From positions 5,642,001-5,706,000 of the forward strand of contig CATNEN010000034.1 in NCBI GenBank assembly GCA_950097015.1: a stretch of DNA of 64,000 nucleotides, in the 5' to 3' direction. Positions 22,200 through 36,300 of the stretch are shown one piece after another. The position numbers and the translations under genes are program-made. This stretch comes from Macrostomum hystrix (Eukaryota; Animalia; Platyhelminthes). The stretch's first letter is position 1; each line of letters starts with the position of its first letter. The notes under the pieces are model-generated. The model was not told where the DNA came from. It worked only from the letters and a program-made list of their open reading frames with translations, and did not search any database.

Positions 22200-23300
22200 A
22201 GTAAGCCTATTTAGACCGTTATATGTAAAGTTTTTTAAAGATTTCTTATGTTTAATATGCATACATTTTGAGTGGATAAACACCTGCGTCAAGCTTTCTC
22301 GAAATAGCTCGATGGCTGGTTTGAAGGATTTAGTGGCCATCTCAAAGTTGCATTCAATGTGACGTGTATTGACGCATCCGAGGTGTCGTTGAAATGTGAG
22401 ACGACGCTTAGAAAACTCATCCTCCGCATTTACCTGCAATCTGGTGGACAGATCCTGGCCTCCTGTCAGCAGGTTGTCTGATTTCCGAATCCGCATTCTC
22501 GGGTTTCACCTCCAACTCGTGGGAGAATGCAATCTAAATGGGCGTGGCTTGTGACGCCGACGCTTTCTGCACGGAGATGGGGCTGCAATATTGCCTGATA
22601 GAAATGGAAACCGAACTAAGACAGGCAGTTTTTAATTGTAACCACGCCTTATTGTGAAGTCCTACTCTGATTTTTCCAGAATGTACGTCGTTTAGCAGCA
22701 ACCCTATGCTTTTTAGCAAGTCTGCTCCCTGTATGCTCAATTGCTTGCTTCATCATCTGCGTGCATTTGAGTTTGTATCCTTCACAACCGACGACTCAAC
22801 GGTTTTGTCGCGAGTTTCAATCACTCGCTGGATGACCAATCTTGGGATCATTCTTCCGAAAGGACAGATAGCTGTCCCATGCTTAGAAGCCATGCGAATT
22901 CTTGTTTCTAATATGGCACGGCTGTCTAGATACTGCAGCTTATCCAACCGTGCCGCCGATCTCAGATGAAGCTATTAATCCACGGCGCTAGTCCATTCAT
23001 GCTGAAAAGACGATTGTTCCACGGCATGCTGTTTGCTAAAAGGCAAAAAAAGCATATGCAAACGACGATATGCCTGCATGGTCGGCATATTTAATCGCCT
23101 CAGAGCGCATAGTCACACAGGTACCAAGGCGCTTGCACATGATTGCGTATGCGCTAGGCTTCTGTATCGGGAATCATTGCCTGTATTGATCCAGATCTTA
23201 TTGACAAAACAACGATTGCGAGCGTTTTTGGCAATTGTCGGGACTCGATTCTTCTTCCGGACTGCGAATCACAAGCCAAGTAAATAAAATCTAAGATTTC
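22200..23300 (-). mobile_element. Decayed Ty3/gypsy-like pol remnant (protease to pre-RT region)
   Basis: A near-open minus frame with stops gives ASKHGTAICPFGR (cf. AANGTxIxTYG), IQGADLLKSIGLLLND (cf. ILGADFLxxFGLLVD) and later EF...LG....HI. No intact catalytic DTG motif and no LTRs were seen. Confidence 0.4.
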
Positions 23301-23439
23301 CTGTCGATGTGGATCTGACACCGAGAGCAGCTGTAGAATAGAACTGCGGTCCCCTTTTAATTTTATTCTTGAAACTGTCGTTACTCTTCTGTAATGCTTT
23401 TCTTGATTTCCAGCTATAGGCGTACTGCGGTACTTAAAC

Positions 23440-26400
23440 TCTAGAACCAGTATTCAATTTCTAGATTCAATATTCACGTTCAAAAAAGGTATTTACATTC
23501 TAGACTGGGTATTCACATTTGAGAATCTGTATTCACATTTGAGAATCGGTGTTCACATTCTAGAATCGGTATTCACATTCTAGATTCAATATTCACGTTC
23601 GAAAATGGTATTTACATTCTATACTCGGTATTCACATTTGAGAATCTGTATTCACATTTGAGAATCGGTGTTCACATTCTAGAATCGGTATTCACATTCT
23701 AGATTCAATATTCACGTTCGAAAATGGTATTTACATTCTATACTCGGTATTCACATTTGAGAATCTGTATTCACTATTCGATATTCACATTCTAGAATCG
23801 GTATTCACATTCTAGAATCGGTTTTCACATTCTAGAATCGGTATTCACATTCTAGAATCGGTATTCACATTCTAGAATCGGTATTCACATTCTAGAATCA
23901 GTATTCACATTCTAGAATCGGTATTCACATTCTAGAATCGGTATTCACATTCTAGAATCAGTATTCACATTCTAGAATCGGTATTCACATTCTAGAATCG
24001 GTATTCACATTTGAGAATCGGTATTCACATTCTAGAATCGGTATTCACATTCTAGAATCGGTATTCACATTCTAGAATCGGTATTCACATTCTAGGATCG
24101 GTATTCACATTCTAGAATCGGTATTCACATTCTAGAATCGGTATTCACATTCTAGATTCAATATTCACGTTCGAAAATGGTATTCACATTCTAGAATCGG
24201 TATTCACATTCTAGAATCGGTATTCACATTCTAGAATCGGTATTCACATTCTAGAATCGGTATTCACATTCTAGAATCGGTATTCACATTCTAGAATCAG
24301 TATTCACATTCTAGAATCGGTATTCACATTCTAGAATCGGTATTCACATTTGAGAATCGGTATTCACATTCTAGAATCGGTATTCACATTCTAGAATCGG
24401 TATTCACATTCTAGGATCGGTATTCACATTCTAGAATCGGTATTCACATTCTAGAATCTGTATTCACATTCTAGATTCAATATTCACGTTCGAAAATGGT
24501 ATTTACATTCTAGACTCGGTATTCACATTTGAGAATCTGTATTCACATTCTAGAATCGGTGTTCACATTCTAGAATCTGTATTCACATTCTAGAATCGGT
24601 ATTCACATTCTAGAATCGGTGTTCACATTCTAGAACCGGTATTCACATTCAAGAATCGGTATTCACATTCTAGAATCGGTATTCACATTCTAGAATCTGT
24701 GTTCACATTCTAGGATCGATATTTACATTCTAGGATCGGTATTCACATTCTAGAATCGGTATTCACATTCTAGATTCAATATTCACGTTCGAAAATGGTA
24801 TACATTCTAGACTCGGTATTCACATTTAAAAATCTGTATTCACATTCGATATTCACATTCTAGAATCGGTATTCACATTCTAGAATCGGTATTCACATTC
24901 TAGAACCGGTTTTCACATTCTAGAATCGGTATTCACATTCTAGAATCGGTGTTCACATTCTAGAATCGGTATTCACATTCAAGAATCGGTATTCACATTC
25001 TAGAATCGGTATTCACATTCTAGAATCTGTGTTCACATTCTAGAATCGGTATTCACATTCTAGAATCGGTATTCACATTCTAGAATCAGTATTCACATTC
25101 TAGAATCGGTATTCACATTCTAGAATCGGTATTCACATTTGAGTATCGGTATTCACATTCTAGAATCGGTATTCACATTCTAGAATCGGTATTCACATTC
25201 TAGAATCGGTATTCACATTCTAGAATCGGTATTCACATTCTAGGATCGGTATTCACATTCTAGAATCGGTATTCACATTCTAGAATCTGTGTTCACATTC
25301 TAGGATCGATATTTACATTCTAGAATCGGTGTTCACATTCTAGAATCGGTATTCACATTCTAGATTCAATATTCACGTTCGAAAATGGTATACATTCTAG
25401 ACTCGGTATTCACATTTGAAAATATGTATTCACATTCGATATTCACATTCTAGAATCGGTATTCACATTTGAGAATCGGTGTTCACATTCTTGAATCTGT
25501 GTTCACATTCTAGAATCGGTATTCACATTCTAGGATCGGTATTCACATTCTAGAATCGGTATTCACATTCTAGAATCGGTATTCACATTCTAGATTCAAT
25601 ATTCACGTTCGAAAATGGTATTTACATTCTAGGACTCGGTATTCACATTCTAGAATCGGTATTCACATTCTAGAATCGGTGTTCACATTCTAGAATCTGT
25701 ATTCACATTCTAGAATCGGTATTCACATTCTAGATTCAATATTCACGTTCGAAAATGGTATTTACATTCTAGACTCGGTATTCACATTTGAGAATCTGTG
25801 TTCTATTTACATCGGTGTTCACACTCTAGAATCTGTATTCACATTCTAGAATCGGTATTCACATTCTAGAATCGGTGTTCACATTCTAGAATCGGTATTG
25901 ACATTCAAGAATCGGTATTCACATTCTAGAATCGGTATTCACATTCTAGAATCTGTGTTCACATTCTAGGATCGATATTTACATTCTAGGATCGGTATTC
26001 ACATTCTAGAATCGGTATTCACATTCTAGAATCGGTGTTCACATTCTAGAATCTGTATTCACATTCTAGAATCGGTATTCACATTCTAGAATCGGTGTTC
26101 ACATTCTAGAATCGGTATTCACATTCAAGAATCGGTATTCACATTCTAGAATCGGTATTCACATTCTAGAATCTGTGTTCACATTCTAGGATCGATATTT
26201 ACATTCTAGGATCGGTATTCACATTCTAGAATCGGTATTCACATTCTAGAATCGGTGTTCACATTCTAGAATCTGTATTCACATTCTAGAATCGGTATTC
26301 ACATTCTAGAATCGGTGTTCACATTCTAGAATCGGTATTCACATTCAAGAATCGGTATTCACATTCTAGAATCGGTATTCACATTCTAGAATCTGTGTTC

Positions 26401-26733
26401 ACATTCTAGGATCGATATTTACATTCTAGGATCCGGTATTCACATTCTAGAATCGGTATTCACATTCTAGATTCAATATTCACGTTCGAAAATGGTATAC
26501 ATTCTAGACTCGGTATTCACATTTGAAAATCTGTATTCACATTCGATATTCACATTCTAGAATCGGTATTCACATTTGAGAATCGGTGTTCACATTCTTG
26601 AATCTGTGTTCACATTCTAGAATCGGTATTCACATTCTAGAATCAGTATTCACATTCTAGAATCGGTATTCACATTCTAGAATCGGTATTCACATTCTAG
26701 AATCGGTATTCACACTCTAGAATCTGTATTCTC
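23440..26733. repeat. 20-bp satellite array (~165 units) with higher-order structure
   Basis: Unit ATTCTAGAATCGGTATTCAC with recurring variant blocks such as TAGATTCAATATTCACGTTCGAAAATGG. Confidence 0.98.
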
Positions 26734-28864
26734 ATTACGACATTCGTATAGATATAAATAAGTTGGCTGACAAATTCTTAGAAGCTATTGAATTGCTGTA
26801 CTACATACAGTCACATAGACTCATTTCGCGCTTCCTCTCAACTACAACTTCTCAAGATTGTAATTCTGTTCTACACTGAATTCTACCCAGTTGTGACAAA
26901 CGTCGCAGTCGTTCTGGAATCTAGGCACTCAACTTGTACATATCTAGTCTTCGGAATCAAGCCTAGATCACAATTTCTTAAGCGAGACAGTCTAGTGTGG
27001 GCCATGGGATCAGAAATGTTGGCGAGCTAAGAAAGTGCCTCCCCCTAACAGCACAAACAGGCCCGTGCAGTTTTAGCTCCTCTTCTCGGGACTGCGAGGC
27101 AGCACGCAAATCGCAGACCATTTAGCCTTTCTATCCGGTCTGGCACAATGGGACGGGGTTCTAGGGCTATAGCAATTTTAAGCACAGCAAACGGGACGTA
27201 TGGGTTTTGGTATAGGAACAGAACAGAATCGTGCTTATAGTTAGTCAGCTCTGAATTCAGCGAAGGGGTGGAGTTGGATTGTGACGACCGGACAGTTCTG
27301 TGAATCATGATTTACTGACTGGAACGAATCGTTCAATCTATTTACGAAAATAAACATTCAAGATTTACACAACTACTAGGTCCAGAGCTATACCGATTCC
27401 TATTTTGTCGGCTAGCTGTTTGGTCAAATCGACTTATCATTTTTTCTCCTTAGTTCTTACAAGATAACAGAAAGAGGTACGCTTAGGTGCTGGTACAGTT
27501 ATGTGCTCACTTATTCCTGTGTGCTCGCTTATCGTTAATTTGTAGACTCTATAGACACTACACAGTAAAGTCAGGAATAAAATTCGTGCTAGTGGTGATA
27601 AGAAAGATTGATCTATATAGATACATTTTTGTAGCAGTTAACCATTATCATCGATAAATTGGAATGACATCTATCTACTTTAAGTAGCTAGGATCCAACT
27701 AGGCTCGCAGCCCTATGTGACAGAAGCAGTGTAGGGGGTTGGTGTTTGTGGCAGCGTCCAATACGACGAAAGCGTTTCTATAGGCTAATAACAATCGGGC
27801 GTTGCTGCCAAGCATATATTAGAGAAGTGTGTAAGCAGCTAGTCCCTCTGCTTCCCAGAACTCGTATCCCCTAGGAAATGTCTCTGCCAGACTATGCTAG
27901 ACGCAAATACGGACAGGGGCCCTATTTATGGAGCTCAGTCTAGTCAACAACTCATCCTTCTAAGGATGTAAGTAACGCGCTTTCTGATACGAGCTACTTA
28001 AACATTTGCCCGCCTGATACTGCACAATTTCACTGATATCAGACAGTGAAGTCTGCCAACCAAGCCTTGCATACTACAGAATCCAACTTAAAATTTGCTG
28101 TGCCATCCGACAAAGCATTATAAAGCCTCTGCCCACACTTCTGAAAGCAGGTCAAATCACAAATGCGCAGGCCAAGCTTCTGTCCGCAAATGCGCGCTTT
28201 CCTCTATAATATGCCAAATGGAATTCGTCAGTTCGCTCCAAAATATCCCGGATTCCATTCTACTGCACTGCAGCCGCCCCCGAGGCTGCCTTCGGCTGAA
28301 AATCGCAATTACACAGCAAGGTTGACTTGCATTTTCAGCAGCTGCTTCTGCTGCTGCTGCTGCTGCCTCAGTCGATCTACCCTTCTTGTGTACTTCTTTC
28401 TGCACCCGCTAAGGACAAGTAGGACACATCCGCCGTGTCTTAATGCCTTGGCGTCACCGATAGAGATAGCGACAGAAAGGTCCTGTCTGGGCGTCGATAT
28501 TTGCCTTTATCTCAGTTTGTTTGTTACCAGAATCTTGCGCCAAACTTCAGCCTTGACACTCCTTCGGCTGATTAGAAACATGAAATTTGTTTCCATGCGT
28601 GACACGCGCGCTGGCAGCTTAGCGCATGAGTACAGTAATTTGTACTCTGCGCTAGCTGCTGGGTCAGTGTCTGCCGCTGCCGATAAAAATTGGACGGAGG
28701 ACTGTTAAGGGCGGAAGGCGCGTTCCTCGTCGAAATCCCCTGCCTGGCTGATGCACAATGCACTCGCTAGCGTAAATGTAGGCTATATGAAATTCTGTAA
28801 CTAAAGCAACAATGGTGTTACAATTTATCCTAGTTGCTCTGTACCTAGAAAAGGGGATGGAATT

Positions 28865-31052
28865 GTATCTAGAACAGGTAACAATCGTATCTACAACAGG
28901 TAACAATCGTATCTAAAGCAGGTAACAATCGTATCTAGAACAGGTAACAATCGTATCTAGAGCAGGTAACATTCGTATCTAAAACAGGTAACAATCGTAT
29001 CTAGAACAGGTAACATTCGTATCTGAAACAGGTAACAATCGTATCTAGAACAGGTAACAATCGTATCTAGAGCAGTTAACAATCGTATCTAGAACAGGTA
29101 ACAATCGTATCTAGAGCAGGTAACAATCGTATCTAGAACAGGTAACAATCGTATCTAGAACAGGTAACAATCGTATCTAGAGCAGGTAACAATCGTATCT
29201 AGAACAGGTAACAATCGTATCTAGAACAGGTAACAATCGTATCTAGAACAGGTAACAATCGTATCTAGAACAGTTAACAATCGTATCTAGAACAGTTAAC
29301 AATCGTATCTAGAACAGGTAACAATCGTATCTTGAGCAGGTAACAATCGTATCTAGAACAGGTAACAATCGTATCTAGAGCAGGTAACAATCGTATCTAG
29401 AACAGGTAACAATCGTATCTAGAACAGTTAACAATCGTATCTAGAACAGGTAACAATCGTATCTAGAGCAGGTAACAATCGTATCTAGAACAGGTAACAA
29501 TCGTATCTAGAACAGGTAACAATCGTATCTAGAACAGGTAACAATCGTATCTAGAACAGGTAACAATCGTATCTAGAACAGGTAACAATCGTATCTAGAA
29601 CAGGTAACAATCGTATCTAGAACAGGTAACAATCGTATCTAGAACAGGTAACAATCGTATCTAGAGCAGGTAACAATCGTATCTAGAACAGGTAACAATC
29701 GTATCTAGAACAGGTAACAATCGTATCTAAAGCAGGTAACAATCGTATCTAAAGCAGGTAACAATCGTATCTAGAACAGGTAACAATCGTATCTAGAGCA
29801 GGTAACAATCGTATCTAAAGCAGGTAACAATCGTATCTAGAACAGTTAACAATCGTATCTAGAACAGGTAACAATCGTATCTAGAGCAGGTAACAATCGT
29901 ATCTAGAACAGGTAACAATCGTATCTAGAACAGGTAACAATCGTATCTAGAACAGGTAACAATCGTATCTAGAACAGGTAACAATCGTATCTAGAACAGT
30001 TAACAATCGTATCTAGAACAGGTAACAATCGTATCTAGAACAGGTAACAATCGTATCTAGAACAGGTAACAATCGTATCTAGAACAGGTAACAATCGTAT
30101 CTAGAGCAGGTAACAATCGTATCTAGAACAGGTAACAATCGTATCTAGAGCAGGTAACAATCGTATCTAGAACAGGTAACAATCGTATCTAGAACAGTTA
30201 ACAATCGTATCTAGAACAGGTAACAATCGTATCTAGAGCAGGTAACAATCGTATCTAGAACAGGTAACAATCGTATCTAGAACAGGTAACAATCGTATCT
30301 AGAACAGGTAACAATCGTATCTAGAACAGGTAACAATCGTATCTAGAACAGGTAACAATCGTATCTAGAACAGGTAACAATCGTATCTAGAACAGGTAAC
30401 AATCGTATCTAGAACAGGTAACAATCGTATCTAGAACAGGTAACAATCGTATCTAGAACAGGTAACAATCGTATCTAGAGCAGGTAACAATCGTATCTAA
30501 AGCAGGTAACAATCGTATCTAGAACAGTTAACAATCGTATCTAGAACAGGTAACAATCGTATCTAGAGCAGGTAACAATCGTATCTAGAACAGGTAACAA
30601 TCGTATCTAGAACAGTTAACAATCGTATCTAGAACAGGTAACAATCGTATCTAGAGCAGGTAACAATCGTATCTAGAACAGGTAACAATCGTATCTAGAA
30701 CAGGTAACAATCGTATCTAGAACAGGTAACAATCGTATCTAGAACAGGTAACAATCGTATCTAGAACAGGTAACAATCGTATCTAGAACAGTTAACAATC
30801 GTATCTAGAACAGGTAACAATCGTATCTAGAACAGGTAACAATCGTATCTAGAACAGGTAACAATCGTATCTAGAACAGGTAACAATCGTATCTAGAACA
30901 GTTAACAATCGTATCTAGAACAGGTAACAATCGTATCTAGAGCAGGTAACAATCGTATCTAGAACAGGTAACAATCGTATCTAGAACAGGTAACAATCGT
31001 ATCTAGAGCAGGTAACAATCGTATCTAGAGCAGTTAACAATCGTATCTAGAA
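28865..31052. repeat. 22-bp satellite array (~99 units), highly homogeneous
   Basis: Unit GTATCTAGAACAGGTAACAATC; variants GAGCAGG and CAGTTAAC. Confidence 0.98.
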
Positions 31053-31839
31053 TGTCCCTGTTAGTCTAATCGATCTCCCTGTCACTCGGTCTTCCCGTCA
31101 CTCGATCTCCCTGTCACTCATAATATCTAACATTTTCCTTATAACTATTTTCATAATTATTTCTAGGGGACTGCCTTGTGAAAAGTAACTTTAAATTTAT
31201 TTTTAAAGTTTAAAGTTTTTTCGGATTTTTTATAACAGGTCGTACACAAAGTGATTTCAAAACGCAGAAATAAATTAGTATTCTCGTATTATTAGTCAGC
31301 GGAACACATCAAACAAAACCAGATTGAAGCACATTTCCCGATGAGAAGCGTACAATGTGAGCACACAGCCACACACCGTGAGACTTCTTATCGAATTTGA
31401 GCACACGAACACTAGAGCCGGGGTCAGCTTTTATTACTTGGAACTGAAGCAGTTTAAGCAAGTTTAGCTCAATAAGAGCTAATAAAAACCTGGCCGAGAG
31501 ACGGAGCAACTGTGGGGTAACAATAACTCAGCTTTAAGCATGATTAGTCATTTCATTGGCGCGTGTGCTCTGCCTACTGACCCGAAGCAAAGCCGCCGAA
31601 GGAATGCGAATGGTAGCTAGTACTGGCATTATCCCTAGACATTTAGTCATAAAACTGTGCGAATAAATTCTTGCGGCTTGTGCGCATCTCGCTACTTAAA
31701 GTAGAGAACTGAACAATTTACCTATGCCGACTGGGGACTGTGGACAAGTCGGAATCATGTCAGAAGTTTGACACCGAAATGTACATGATTGATTGGCGAT
31801 TCACACTACGAGCGTTGGGATTCACGTTCAAGGAATATA

Positions 31840-32430
31840 GAAATTTCTCATTCTAGGAAAATGAGTTCATACTCTAGAAGTTGGAACACAAATTCCACGA
31901 ATTTAAATTCACAATATTAGAAATGGAGCGTGCATTCTATGAGTTTGGATTCACGTTATCGGAAACTGAATTCACATTCTAGAAACCGAGAGTCGGGCTT
32001 TGTATGTACATTCAAGAAATTGTGATTATTTTTCTAGGAATTGGGATATTTTATTCTAGGAATTAGTATTTTTACTCGAGAATTGGGGATTTTTTCTAGG
32101 AATGGGGATTCATTTTCTAGGAATCGTGCTTTTTTTCTAGGAATTGGGATACCTATTCTAAGAATTGTGATTTTTCTAGGAATTGGGATTTTCAGGAAGT
32201 GGGAATTTTACTTAAGAAATGGAGATTTTTTTCTTGGATTAGGGATTCATTTTCTAGGAATTGAGATTCCCGTTCTAAGAATTAGGATTTTTTGGAATCG
32301 GGATTTTTCTAGGAATTGTGACTTTTTTCTAGGAATTGGGATTTCTATTCTAAGAATTGGGATTTTATTTTAGGAATTGGGATTTTTTAGGAATTGTGAT
32401 TCTTTTTCTAGGAATCGGTATTCTTTTCTA
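31840..32430. repeat. Degenerate ~20-bp repeat related to the neighbouring satellites
   Basis: Recurrent TTCTAGGAATTGGGATTTT; TTCACATTCTAGAAACC near 31970. Confidence 0.75.
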
Positions 32431-33012
32431 TTTGAATTACGAGCTAAAACATTTTTTCTTGAAATTGGAATTCCATCTTTGTAATTCAGATTTCATTACA
32501 GCTCGTAATTTCAGTGTTTTTTTAGTCTGACTTGGCCAATCGCTCAGCGCAGGCCAAAAGGGTGAAAAGTTTAGCTGGCCGATAAGGCGTGGGAATCGGC
32601 AGGCCTCGCCGCTCTGGGGAGAAAGCGTCGATGGGGAAAATTTTAACAGGCGTGAGAGGGCGCGTGCGGAATGAAAACCGGTAAATTCTGTCGCGTGCTC
32701 CCAATAAGGGATGTGAGAAGCTCGCCCCCTGTCTGTTCCGAGTGGGTCTGAGATGTGGAGGAGGCCGATCTCAAGCCACTTGTTCGTAACGATCTTCAAA
32801 CACTCAATCTGAGAAAGCTAAAGCAGGCGGCCAGGGACTCTGGGCGGTCGGCTTTTGTCTGCAAACTCCCTCAGCTGTGCGGTGCAGGAGACAATTCATG
32901 TCGGGTCAACAACAAGGCTTGTCCTTGCTGCTGTTGCCCCCGCTGCAACTCAGAAGACAATGGACAGTTGCGGGACTAAAGTGGAGTGTAGCTGAGGTAA
33001 TTTAAGAAATAC

Positions 33013-33440
33013 GAATGGTAGTGGGTGAATGAGAGTGGGTGAATGGAAGTTGGTGAATGGGAGTGGGTGAATGGAAGTTGGTGGATGGGAGTGGGTGAAT
33101 GGAAGTTGGTGGATGGGAGTGGGTGAATGGAAGTTGGTGGATGGGAGTGGGTGAATGGGAGTGAGTGAATGGGAGTGGGTGAATGGGAGTGGGTGAATGG
33201 GAGTGGGTGAATGGGAGTGGGTGAATGGGAGTGGGTGAATGGGAGTGGGTGATGGGAGTGGGTGAATGGGAGTGAGGATGGGTGAATGGGAGTGGGTGAA
33301 TGGGAGTGGGTGAATGGGAGTGGGTGAATGGGAGTGGGTGAATGGGAGTGGGTGAATGGGAGTGGGTGAATGCGAGTGAGTGAATGGGAGTGGGTGAATG
33401 GGAGTTGGTGAATGGGAGTGGGTGAATGGGAGTGGGTGAA
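33013..33440. repeat. 14-bp G-rich minisatellite (~30 copies)
   Basis: Unit GTGGGTGAATGGGA. Confidence 0.95.
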
Positions 33441-35814
33441 CAGGAGCGCCGATTGATCAATGAAAAAATGGCAGAGTGCGTGTGGGCCTGCTCCCTAGCA
33501 GTCCACTAAATATTTAGGCTAATTATAGATGCCACCCTGACGCAGCCGCCATATGCCAAAGGTGTACCGCCACATGTGTTTATCGGCTTAGAATCTCATG
33601 CTTTATTTTTGCTCAAGTCTTTGCTGGCAGCTCAGAGACAACAACAGCAACAGCAGCAGCAGCAGGGAGTAAGAAAAAAACAAAGAGAGTCGCTAATTAG
33701 GGCCCGAGAATGTTGCGGGACCCTGAGCGGAGGTGCACGTGGTCCGCTTTTTTAAGAGGCTGCCAGGCCAGGAGGAGGGGGATAAATTAAGCATGAGAGG
33801 ATCAGAAAAAGCGGTCTCCCGCGGAGCTGGCGGGCCGCGGATTCCAGCGGTTCCGCAGTGCTGAAAGCCAAAGAGGAGGATAGAGACAGGGACAGGGAGT
33901 TGGGGAGAGGAGGCAAAGATTCAGCTAAGAAGCCATGAGATTTGACGCAGCTGCGGTATCAACATCGGCTGCCATTTCAGCGAGACACTGCAGGACCTAC
34001 GCATCCCCTGCGGTGCCGACATGCGGGCCCTGAGGGCGGTGGCAAAAGAAGCAAAGAAGAAGATGGATTGAGAAAAAGCAACAAAATAGACAAGGCCTCC
34101 GTTTTATAATCCCTTCATCATTGATGGGTAAGAAGATAGTGTGGCAACGGACTCGGGACCTGGCATATAGGCTTCGATAGAATAATATAATCTAGTGAAT
34201 ATAAAGTGTCGCGATTCTGGTTTGCTCAACGAGCGAATCGGTTGCTAAGCGAATTGATGCAGAATCTGACTATTTAACTTTGTGTATTTGACGCCTGTTG
34301 TCAAATATACAACTGTTGCATATTTAACGCTGCTTTCTTTAATTTTTTTCAAACACAATTCAATTTAAAGTTGTCTTAGCCTAAAAAATTAAAGAGACAC
34401 AAATATTGCTAAGCAGTTTCTGTGCCAATGAATATTTTATTTCTAAAATGAGGAAGCGAATTCGTGTTTTTGTAAAAATCGCAACTGTATCGTTGCCGAG
34501 GTGAAAGATTCTTCCATGGGGGAATCATGAGTGAGAAATCGTTGCATGGTTTCGCATGCGGCCCGCAATGTATCCACAGGGCGCATTGTGAGCTCCAGAC
34601 TCAGGGGTGCTCACAGGAATTAATTGGCAAAATAGCCAATAATGAACTGCGAGCAAGTGCTCCAGTCTCCGCCTCCTCATGCTCAGCTTCCCAGACACAA
34701 GTTCTCACAAAAAACTGTTAAACTATTTAGGGCACCAAAGACGGGTAAAAAGGGGCAATTGTAACGAAAAAGTTGTCTGTTGTGCACTGGCACACTTGAG
34801 ACGTCCTGGTCACTGCGGGGGCCGACCCTTCACGGCACTCGCGGGCGTGCCGCCCTCTCTGTCCCCGTGAGTCAAGCGGACTATTCCCATAGACTATAGC
34901 TGAGTTCTGTGGCAGGTCCCCATTTATGACACAAAGTATCGAGTACGAGCTGTGTGGCATTGTATTCGAGCGTCACCGTTATATCCCGCCCGCCCACCTC
35001 ACCTACTCATCCTATTGTGTCCGCATGCAGTCTCCACGTTCTCGACCCACCGTAAGTGGCGTCACTCTCTCATCCCCATTGTCTCACCCTGGCGATCCCC
35101 TACTGCGCTAGCGCCCACAAAATTTTGAGTAGATTGAGCACGCCAGGGTCACATCCCTACAAGTGGCAGTGTTTGGTTCGGTGATTCCTCGCAGCCTGAC
35201 CGCCTGTGGATTCCGCTACGGCCAAGCCTGTGAAACTCATATTTGAGGTGTATGGGAGGATGATAATTAACTCCCATCTAGCTAACCGTAAAAAGGAAGC
35301 CACTGCCAGTTCCATGTTTCTGTTTCTTTTCAAAAGCTTTTCTAAAAAAATTATTGTAGCTTCTCTGCTCAATAGCTCGCTCAAACACTATAAAACACAC
35401 AGCACAATGAAAACGCTATAGTGACTATGAGTTATGATCACTCTAAACACGACCCAATACTCGAAAGTAGTGTGCAGCATAGCAACTAGCTTTTGGAAAG
35501 CCACGAAAATAATTGGCTGGTAAAACTTCAAAATTTTAGCAGCCATGCATGCAGTGACCATTTGTAAAAAATCGAACTCCATTGTTTGTTTCACGATGAG
35601 TATACCAAAATGCAGGTGCTCCGACAGGTGCAGACGCTGTTCACCGTTTCGCTTGGACTGCACTGCATCTACTTGGATATGTAATTAGTAATAGGTAGGT
35701 ATGAATGCACCGTAGCGATATTCAAGTCAATCAATTTCCAGCCCAAAGTGACATGTCTTGTTTATTAAAATTGATTAATTTAATTTAAAAAAACTGTTTT
35801 TAGACAAGGGAGGA

Positions 35815-36300
35815 TGAGATAGGAGAGGTGAGAAACGGGAGAGATGAAACTGGGGAGAGATGAGACACGTGATAGATGAGACAGGGTATAGTTGATACAG
35901 GGGAGAGATAAGACATAGGAGATATGAGACAGGGGAGAGATGAGACACGGGAGAGATGAGACAGGGGAGACATGAGACAGGGGAGAGATGAGACATAGGA
36001 GAGATGAGACAGGGGAGAGATGAGACATAGGAGATATGAGACATAGGAGAGATGAGACACGGGAGAGATTGAGAAACGGCAGAGATGAGACAAGGAGAGA
36101 TGAGACAGGAAGAGATGAGGCAGGGGAGAGATGAGACACGGGAGATATGAGACAGGGGATTGATGAGACAGGGGAGAGGTGAGACACGGGAGAAGTGAGA
36201 CTGGGGAGAGATGAGACACGGGAGAGATGAGACAGGGGAGAGATGAGACTGGGGAGAGATGAGACTGGGGAGAGATGAGACTGGGGAGAGATGGGGCACG
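35815..36300. repeat. Purine-rich GAGATGAGACA(G/C) degenerate repeat
   Basis: Reverse complement of the TGTCTCATCTC family; ~16-bp period. Confidence 0.9.

Noticed and set aside
28157-28763. 181-aa ORF and overlapping ORFs between the two satellites (possible BED-finger/hAT relic)
   Set aside because: It starts at a non-ATG codon, contains poly-CTG filler, and no complete motif or consistent splice frame could be built.
23440-31052. Long arrays of 20-22-bp repeats as CRISPR arrays
   Set aside because: The units are contiguous with no unique spacers, there are no cas genes and the context is eukaryotic.
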